Shown here one piece after another: positions 54,700-64,000 of a stretch of 64,000 bases of DNA. Location: assembly GCF_006345805.1 (NCBI RefSeq), contig NC_043001.1, forward strand, positions 12,028,001 through 12,092,000, read 5' to 3'. The stretch comes from Octopus sinensis (taxonomy: Eukaryota). The position numbers and the translations under genes are program-made. Position 1 is the first letter of the stretch. Every line of letters begins with the position of its first letter. Under the pieces are notes generated by a model, which worked only from the letters and a program-made list of their open reading frames with translations, searched no databases and had not been told where the DNA came from.

Positions 54700-55270
54700 G
54701 ATACAAAGTGTTTGTGACAAGGCAGTCAGAGTGTATATATGGTACATGTCCGTCAAATATCAAGGAGTGATGCTTGTAGAGGACAAATCTCATAGAGAAG
54801 TATCCTGAAGATTAAGGAAATCTCCGAAGGAGGCGACCCTCAACATCAGGATCTTTGAAAAACCAGGGAGCCCCATGAGATCACAAGCATGTAGGACGTA
54901 CCTCTTTGAGAATACCGCATGCACAAATGAAAACTGCATGGTGTGTACGATTAACTCTGGCATTAACAGTAAAATTGGAAATGAATTGTAAAGCATAATG
55001 CACATAGAGATTGTAAGACAAGAATATGATATCAATATGTGAGGAATCTTGAAGCATTGCGGAAAATCTAAAGGAACATTCGAGACAATATGACGACAAC
55101 AACAGTCATCTATACTCCTCCAGCATGCCAAAGATGAATATGGAGACACACTGGGTCAATTTGACATCCGAATTTCATTTAAGTTCCCAAAGGACACAAC
55201 ACTCAGAAAAATCCTGGAGTACGCCCTCGTAAATGAAACAGCCCCCTCCCATACGAAATAGAAAATATAC
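54700..55270 (+). pseudogene. Penelope-like GIY-YIG endonuclease remnant
   Basis: IRIFEKPG, C..ENCMVC, Y(V)-EES.SIAE..KEH, SILLQH, and R.ILEYAL in broken frames. Confidence 0.7.
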
Positions 55271-55607
55271 GTAAAAGGTAGTTATACCCCAATGCCAACG
55301 ATTTATATATGCAGAGGCAGAGTTGCTAGTTGTCTGTTATCTCATAGGCAAATACACCCACATATACAAATGCACAAAAGAAAACTGAAACACATGATCA
55401 TATACACAGACACACTCACACAAAGACACACATCCATACAGAACAGACGCACGTACATTGTCACAAAAACCCATACACATAGACGCATTCAAACATACAC
55501 AAACAAAATTGACCACACAATGATATGAATACGCAGAATACATAGGTATATACCTATGTATTCTGCGTATTCATGTGATTTCGTGGTCAATTTTGTGTGT
55601 GTATGTT

Positions 55608-55641
<34 letters not shown>

Positions 55642-55913
55642 CGTGTGTGCGCGTGTGTATAAATGTATGTATGCATACACATACATACATATGAGTATAC
55701 ACATCACAGTGACTCACACAAAGAAGACACAGGTATGATCACGGCCATAGTGGAAATCAAACAAGTGAGTGTAATAAGTAATAAGTCACTAAAAGAGAAT
55801 CACTCTCCCCCACACAATAAACTATGCTTCAACACACGAATTCACACAAAGAGTCTTGCAAACAAAACACGAAAACGAAATACATACATACATACATAAA
55901 AACACACACACAC

Positions 55914-55960
<47 letters not shown>

Positions 55961-56063
55961 ACGTATACATATATACATATATATATATTCATACACAATC
56001 ACATACAAATACATATGTATTATATGTATACATATATACATAAATATGCATACATATAGTATG

Positions 56064-56094
<31 letters not shown>

Positions 56095-56706
56095 GATATA
56101 ATATAGATATATATATATACAATGCATAGATATAACATACTTATATGTGTATATATATATATACCACAAACATGCATATATATATATATAATATATATAT
56201 ATATTAGATGCATTGATGAATATACACATATATTTTCCATTCTTTTGGCCAAATGGATTTTTACTGAATCAATAAATTATAACCTCTAATACATTTAAAT
56301 ATACTCTTAAGTTAGAAAATAGACTGTTACTTTTAACTAAAATCACTTTACATTATCTGCAGCCATATTACTTCCTAGGCTGCTCAATGCTGTTGCAGTA
56401 ATTATTGGCACAGTAGTTCTGGGTAAAGTTAGTACGTATCCTCAGGCGACTTAATGCAAAAAAATATATTATCCTCAATATTGTGTAACGTACTTCTCAA
56501 ACTCTTGTATAAATTGGATTCTTTATAGTATATAAAAACCCAAATATTGTAACATAGTATACTACTTTCTCGCTGCTTGCATGTTTATATATATGCATAT
56601 AAGTGGATTTATATACTTAGTACGATGAGGGAGTGTCTATACATACACACACACAAAACACGCGCACACGCTCAAATATAACATATATATATATGTATAT
56701 GTATAA

Positions 56707-56758
<52 letters not shown>

Positions 56759-56828
56759 TATATGTATATGTATATAATATAGATACATATATATATATAT
56801 ATAGATATATATTATATGTATATATATA

Positions 56829-56875
<47 letters not shown>

Positions 56876-56931
56876 TGATACATATATATATATATATTAT
56901 ATATAAGATACATATATATACATATATATAT

Positions 56932-56968
<37 letters not shown>

Positions 56969-56982
56969 TTTCTTTTTATTAT

Positions 56983-57352
56983 TTTACTTGTTTCAGTCAT
57001 TTGACTGCGGCCATGCTGGAGCACCGCCTTTAGTCGAGCAAATCGACCCCGGGACTTATTCTTTGTAAGCCATAAGTAGTACTATCTATCGGTCTCTTTT
57101 GCCGAACCGCTAAGTGACGAGGACGTAAACATACCAGTATCGGTTGTCGAGCAATGCTAGTGGGACAAACACAGACATACACACACACATACACACACAC
57201 CCATATATATATATATATATATATACATATATACGACAGGCTTCTTTCAGTTTCCGTCTACCAAATCCTCTCACAAGGCATTGGTCGGAATCCGGAATCC
57301 GGAACCATGTGGTTGGTTAGCAAGCTACATACCACACAGCCACTCCTGTGCC
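56983..57352 (-). mobile_element. SINE family A
   Basis: Reverse copy with an internal deletion. Confidence 0.88.
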
Positions 57353-57499
57353 TATATATATATTATTATATATATATATATATATATATATGTATTATAT
57401 ATATATATATATATTATAGATAGGTAGGTAGGTAGTTGTAGATAGATAGATTAAATAGATAGATCGTTACACAGCCTTCACACTTTCAGATTGAGATGC

Positions 57500-57562
<63 letters not shown>

Positions 57563-57754
57563 TGTGTATTTGTATGTATGTATGTGTGGATTCATAGAAT
57601 TATGTGGCTGCCAGAGAAAGCTCCTCTAGCGGACTAGGATGTCAAACCACACAGTAATCAAATAAGGAAGGGTATGATACTGAGTTTCATTCAACTCAAA
57701 TCAAGGAGATCCAATCGATGAGATAATTTCACGAGGTGTGTATGTAATTTTTCC

Positions 57755-58138
57755 GTGGAGGCGCAATGGCCCAGTGGTTAGGGCAGCGGACTCGCGGTCG
57801 TTGGATCGCGGTTTCGATTCCCAGACCGGGCGTTGTGAGTGTTTATTGAGCAAAAACACCTAAAAGATCCACGAGGCTCCGGCAAGGATGGTGGTGATCC
57901 CTGCTGTACTCTTTCACCACAACTTTCTCTCACTCTTACTTCCTGTTTCTGTTGTATCTGTATTTCAAAGGGGCCGGCCTTGTCACTCTCTGTGTCACGC
58001 TGAATATCCCCGAGAACTACGTTAAGGGTGCACGTGTCTGTGGAGTGCTCAGCCACTTACACGTTAATTTCACGAGTAGGCTGTTCCGTTGATCGGATCA
58101 ACCGGAACCCTCGTCGTAACCGACGGAGTGCTTCCACC
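57755..58138 (+). mobile_element. SINE family C with a 13-bp TSD
   Basis: ATGTAATTTTTCC at 57742-57754 and 58139-58151. Confidence 0.92.
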
Positions 58139-58802
58139 ATGTAATTTTTCCATCTTTACTAAGTATATACATGTTCTATGATGCAAACCTTGGCAGGCGC
58201 CAAGCAGCCGGCCTCTCCTATCTCTGAACCTCTTTACCATTTGTTGCCAAAGAGAATAAGTACATATACTTAATTTATTGGATCAGTTCATTTAAATTAA
58301 TACAACAAACGCAATCATGTTAAAATTCTTGCGAAATATTTACGGTTTATAATTGTTTCATATATAAAAATATATTTCGGCGAAATACCCCTTTGGATGT
58401 GATATGGATGTATTGCATCTGTTCTTCATACATGCTGATTTACATTCTCAAACATGACATAAAATTTACCACTAACCACATACTGTGTGTGTGGCCTAGT
58501 TGACTGCAGCCATGTTGGAGCACCGCCTTTAATCGAGCAACTCGACCCCGGGACTTATTCTTTTGTAAGCCAGGTACTTATTCTATCGGTCTGTTTTGTT
58601 GTTTACATACCATGTACGTCTCTTTTTCTTTTGTAAATTCTCACTATATGTATATATATATATATCTATAATATATATATATAGATATATATATATATTA
58701 TATATATATATATATATACATATATATGTATATATATGTATATATGTATATATATATATAAATATATGTATAATATTATATATATAATATATATATATAT
58801 AT

Positions 58803-58837
<35 letters not shown>

Positions 58838-60203
58838 GTGTGTAGTAAAGTTGTGGCTTCGATTTCCAGTCGACAATTATTGCTCTGCTGTACTTCAAAT
58901 AGCCAGCCTTAACAAACTCCTTGTCATACTGAGTCTCCTTTAGAATTCTTCTAAGTGTACGCCTATTTGTGGAGTGCTCAGTGGTGTCTGCCTACACGGC
59001 ATGAAAATGTGGCTGCAAGAAATAGGTTAAAATATTTTTAAAATCCATTAAATACAATGATTTATATCAATTCAGTAATTCACTTAAAGAATACACATAA
59101 GAGGGTGGTATATTATTATTTCGAGAGATTTTCAAATATTGAGAAGTGGAAATATTGAGATTATCTAGAAAAATTATTGAATATTAGCACAATCACATTT
59201 TTCTGCGCGCATGTTTCTGCCAGAAGAAAAAATATATAACCATATATTATATAGATTTATTGAAAAATACTTTTAGCCATTTCATGCGATAAGCAATGGC
59301 ACAGAGGTAGCAATAAATAAATGTAAACCTCCGCTGTGAAATATGAAAAAGTAATATATCTCTGGTTCTAGCCTTTTCTCAGTCTCCATTCCCCCCCCTT
59401 TCGTTACTTTTCTGTCTCTCCTGGTCTTTTACTTCTATTTCTAGCCATTCTTCTCTCTCATTTTTATCCCCTATCCCTTTTTCCCTCTCTGTCACTCAAT
59501 CTCCCTCTCTCTTGCTCTCTTCCACCTCTGCCTCCTAATGATATGTAACCCGTGGCCAGCCTTTATTTCTTTCCCATTTCTACCTATTTTGCCCACCTAA
59601 CCGGTCCTCAATTGTCCGTGTCCGACTGGTACATAGCTTACTATTTGCTGTTTTTCTTATCCTTTAGGATAGTCTTGTAAGCATTACCCACAATTCGTGT
59701 GGGTAATTTTAGCCCTGAGTTTATATATTATCGTTTAGCATTTATTTCAACTTTGTCCTACGTACATCGTCTTAAATAGCATTCACTTTCGCATGTCCAC
59801 ACCTGTATCGCTTGTTATCAATGTTTGTTTGCTCTAGGCCGTATATTCTTCATAACTTTTGTGGGCACCACCAGCATGGGGAGCTCCACACTCTTATCAT
59901 TAATGGTGTGAAACTATATATATGTACCAGGGCTATTCTCCGTTTTTTGATTAGGAGGTGGTAACCGGAACAAGACATACATCAGCATTCCATTCATTTC
60001 CGAGCCCAAAAAGGTGAGTCCCGTCCTATGTTCGGGTCCGAGAATAGAACACTACACCTGATATCAGTCCTAGAGCGCACAATGTTCTTGCAGGTCAGCA
60101 AAGTTCTTCCTCGGTCCTGAGTGGACGGCCATCATCATACATGCATGTATATTTATACATAAAACATATATGTATATATATATCTATATATATATACTAT
60201 ATA

Positions 60204-60282
<79 letters not shown>

Positions 60283-60381
60283 TTCAGCAAACAATTTAGA
60301 TTCAAAAGAATATGGTACTTAATTTAGATACACCAGAAATTTTTTATCGTATTACCCATAAAAATATGCGGGGTGATTATG

Positions 60382-60835
60382 ATCAAAAATAAGCAACAAG
60401 AATGGATCCGGTAACTTAGTACAATTATTTCATACTATAACATTTTATTAGAAGATGTAAATATTACAGCAGATTTAATATGTCGAGTAATCTTCAGCTA
60501 ATTTTATATAGGTATTCCAATAATATAAAGTTCTCAAATCAATTAGTAACATCTTAGGGAAGGTAAATATACAGATAAAGATGTAGATATGAATCTCAGG
60601 AACATGACGTAGGGTAGTTAGGATGCCAACCAGACCAAAACTAAGTTCACAACTGCTTCCCTAAGATGTTACTAATTGATTTGAGAACTTTATTTTATTG
60701 GAAAACCTATATAAGATTAGCTGATGATTATACAACGTATTAAATCTGCTGTAATATTTACAGCTTTTAATAAATGGTGTAGTATGAAACAATTGTACTA
60801 AATTACCGGATCCATTCTTGTTGCTTATTTTTGAT
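60382..60835. repeat. ~180-bp inverted repeat with a 93-nt spacer
   Basis: 60382-60562 is the imperfect reverse complement of 60656-60835. Confidence 0.9.
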
Positions 60836-60841
60836 TATCGT

Positions 60842-62573
60842 TATAAATTTATTCAAATAGATATAGATAATTATTATTCTTCTATTAATGAAATTGTGTT
60901 TAATAAAGCGCTTATTTTCGCAATGAATAAGTGGGTATGTCACGGGAGAAGTTAATGTAATTAAAATGGCTAGGAAATCGCTAATTAAATATAAAAATAA
61001 ATTATGGGCTAGGAATGATACTAGAGATTGTTTTGATATACCTATGGGAGCACCAGATTCTGCACAGGCTACTGATTTAGTAAGTATTTTTCTGTTATCT
61101 GAACTCCAATTAGAAAATCTTAAGATAGAGGGTGGTTTATATAGAGACGATCTTCTACTAGTTACAAAGAATTGTACTAATAGGAATCTAGAAGTATATA
61201 AGAAAAAACTATATAGTTTCTTTAAAAGATATGGTTTAAGTATTACTATATATAAGGAGAATTATAATGTTAATTATTTAGATGTTAATTTTAATCTTAT
61301 TACAGGTAAAACACAACCATATCATAAACTTAATGAGAACCTTAGATATAAATGTTAATAGTAATCACCCATTTTCTATTAAAAAATCGTTGATTAATAA
61401 TATAAGTAAACGTATTTCATTACTCTCTTATGATATAGAGGTTTTTAATAAACATGCTAATTATTATAATGAGGCCCTTAGAGGGGCAGGTTATAATAGG
61501 AATATTAAATTTTATAATATTAGTGATAAAGATTTAATTGATAATTTTCGAGATACTTCTAATAATAATTATAATTTTGTTAGGTTAGTGGTAAAAATAA
61601 TAGATATTATAAAAAAAATAATAAAAATGATAAAAATATAAATAATAATATAATAATAATAATAAATATAATAATAATAATATAAATAAGAATAATAAAA
61701 TAAAAATAAATTTAATAATTATTATAATAATTATATTGATAAAATTAATAATATTAATAATTCCTTAAATGCTGTACATAGATATAATTTTGATAATAAT
61801 TTTAATAAAATAAAGAATTATAAATATATTTATAATAATGATAATAATAATAAGGTTATTAAGAATAAAATATGGTTAATAGTTCCTTATGGAGATCAAG
61901 TAAAAACGAATATTATTAAAGAGATTTTAGATGTTATAGAACTATTTATTAGAGATAATCGTAAATATAGAAACATTTTCTCTTTTAATAATTTTGGAGT
62001 TGGTTATCCTACCACTAATAATGTTGGTAACATTATTTCTTCATTTAATAAATATAAACTGAATAATTTTTATAAAAAGAAATTATTTGATAATAATATT
62101 AATAATGATAAGACTTTATTAATTGTACATGTAGAGATAAATCTAATTGTATATTAAATAATAATTGTGATATTAACGATGTAGTGTATAAATGTATAGT
62201 TACATTACATGATAATAACTTTAAGATAATAATTACCCAAAAGCGGTTTATATAGGTTCTACTTCCTCAAAAATAAAACTAAGAATCGCACAACATATGA
62301 ATTCTTTTAAAAATAAAACTTAATCAACTCAACCGGACTTAGTAAGTACATTTGGAGTCTTAAATCACTAAATATTAATTATAGTTTAATTGGGAAATAA
62401 TTTGTAAAACTAAATCATATACTATAGGAGCTAATTGTTGTTATTTATGCTCTAATGAGTTTAAAGAAATTTTATTTTATAAGTATGATAATTTACTTAA
62501 TACTGGTGAAGAGCGCAAAATAAAATGCAGACATAAGTTACTTTACCTATATAATAAGTTTCATGATAAATAG
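60842..62573 (+). pseudogene. Penelope-like retroelement, Naiad-type RT + GIY-YIG, 5'-truncated and frameshifted
   Basis: FIQIDIDNYYSSI (motif A), ARKSL..W..FDIPMGAPDSA, GLYRDD, YLDVNF, NSNHP, IWLIVPY, CTCRDKSNC...VVYKC, VYIGST..K.R..QH, LSKYIWSLK, CYLC..E, LN...CRH. Confidence 0.9.
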
Positions 62574-64000
62574 CAATAATAGTTCCCTATTAGGTTACTT
62601 TAGTTTAGTTTAAATTAGTTTAGATAATAATTTTTTGGTTATGTAGTCTAGGCTTTAATTATAGTTAGTCTTTATTGATATTTCTTTGTTTTAATTAGTT
62701 CATTTTTAATGTATATTAATATAACAGTTTATGGTATGTTAAAACTTTAATAATTATATTAGATTTTTTTATTTTCTTATTTAATATTTTTTTATTTTTA
62801 TTTTATTTTATTATGTATTTTTATTATGCATTTGTTATATGTATTTTGGAGGATATATATTTATATGTGATGGGTGTTATTTAGAGTGGTGTTTTTATTG
62901 AGTTTTGTATGTATGTGTGAATGTTTACGATCCCTTTGTTTTTGTTTTTTATTTGGTATGTTGAATTGACAGATTTTATTTGGGTATTGTCTGTTATAAT
63001 AAAGTATACACACCATAACAAATATAAGTGCCCACTTCATTCGCGCGTACCTGGAATTGCATGTGAGCCTCAACATATACACCAAACGGCCACTCCCGCC
63101 CTATACGGACAAATAAACACATACATCCCAAAAATGGGCGTAATCCCACTCACACCAATCATATGTATACAATTATACACACTAGAATAATACATAACTA
63201 ACCCAAATATACAGAACATATTAAAAATCACCAACAAACCACCATCACAAATGAAACCTACACCCATACAATGACAAAAATCCCCCCTCTATACCCAATT
63301 TACACCCACATAGCAATCCCAATATATTCATCCATACATGGACGCACGTGCATGAAGCACATGCACACAATAAATACGTACAACCCCCCAATACACACTC
63401 ATATACATACGTATCAAGCTCGACATCCACAGCAATACGCTTACACCCACTCACACCCAGATGGATGAATTTCACAACCAGGGAAAGCACACACACACGT
63501 GTGCATATTTTGATTGTGCAACTCGCCCATATGCATGTATGCGGGCGCGATTACATTGTTGCACATATCGAGCCCAACTAGCATGCATATGTACATGTGA
63601 GGGGGTACACGTACATGCCGTGCGCGTGTACCCCTTGCATTTATACCCGTGCGTGAATATACACATGGAGACTACCACACATGTACAAATGTGTATAGTA
63701 ATGGGAGCCCCATCACTACACTCAATGTATACTCTCACCCATCCGCACGGATTGAAAGCGAATCTCCGGTGTATATGTTGAGGCTTATATGTAGCTCTGT
63801 GGAGTTGAACGTCGTTGAAATTGTGAATGAATGGGTGGAGTTGGGAATTGTAACCGGGTGGTGGGCTAGCGTTGCTTGGAATTGGGAATGGAATAGTGTA
63901 GTAGTAAGGCAGGTATCGAGAATAGATATGGGTTACTGCAAGTTGTTTGTTAGAGCTGCTAAGATGAGCTAAAGCTCATAATTGTATATAATAATTATTA

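Noticed and set aside
60842-63990. Selenoprotein-type Naiad (in-frame TGA plus SECIS)
   Set aside because: The zinc-ligand Cys codons are TGT/TGC, and no AUGA-stem-AA-stem-GA SECIS could be formed downstream.

Overview
AT-rich, repeat-dominated animal genomic DNA, most likely an octopus. That assignment is inferred from SINE families I recall from Octopus plus the very dense (TA)n microsatellites, and was not checked against a database. Almost all ORFs in the supplied track are microsatellite or repeat read-throughs. Supported content: three tRNA-type SINE families in many copies; two near-identical inverted CR1/L2-type LINE 3' fragments; R4/Dong-type and RTE LINE fragments; a decayed near-full-length mariner; Tc1 and mariner remnants; a Tigger-type MITE; two non-autonomous Helitrons; a 1289-bp TG...CA solo-LTR-like element with a 6-bp TSD; and abundant Penelope-like (PLE) material, including a frameshifted Naiad-type RT+GIY-YIG at the right end. 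The most notable observations are: minimal dimer-type hammerhead ribozyme motifs (one intact U3:A8 variant at 3156-3193); a 3x ~700-bp terminally redundant tandem array between (TA)n tracts; several long foldbacks; a STAT/AP-1 motif cluster in the solo LTR; and a chain of short, phase-compatible + strand exon candidates (11.5-29.5 kb, possibly 39.5-40.8 kb) for a host gene I cannot identify. Single-base homopolymer indels suggest that some frameshifts are assembly errors.
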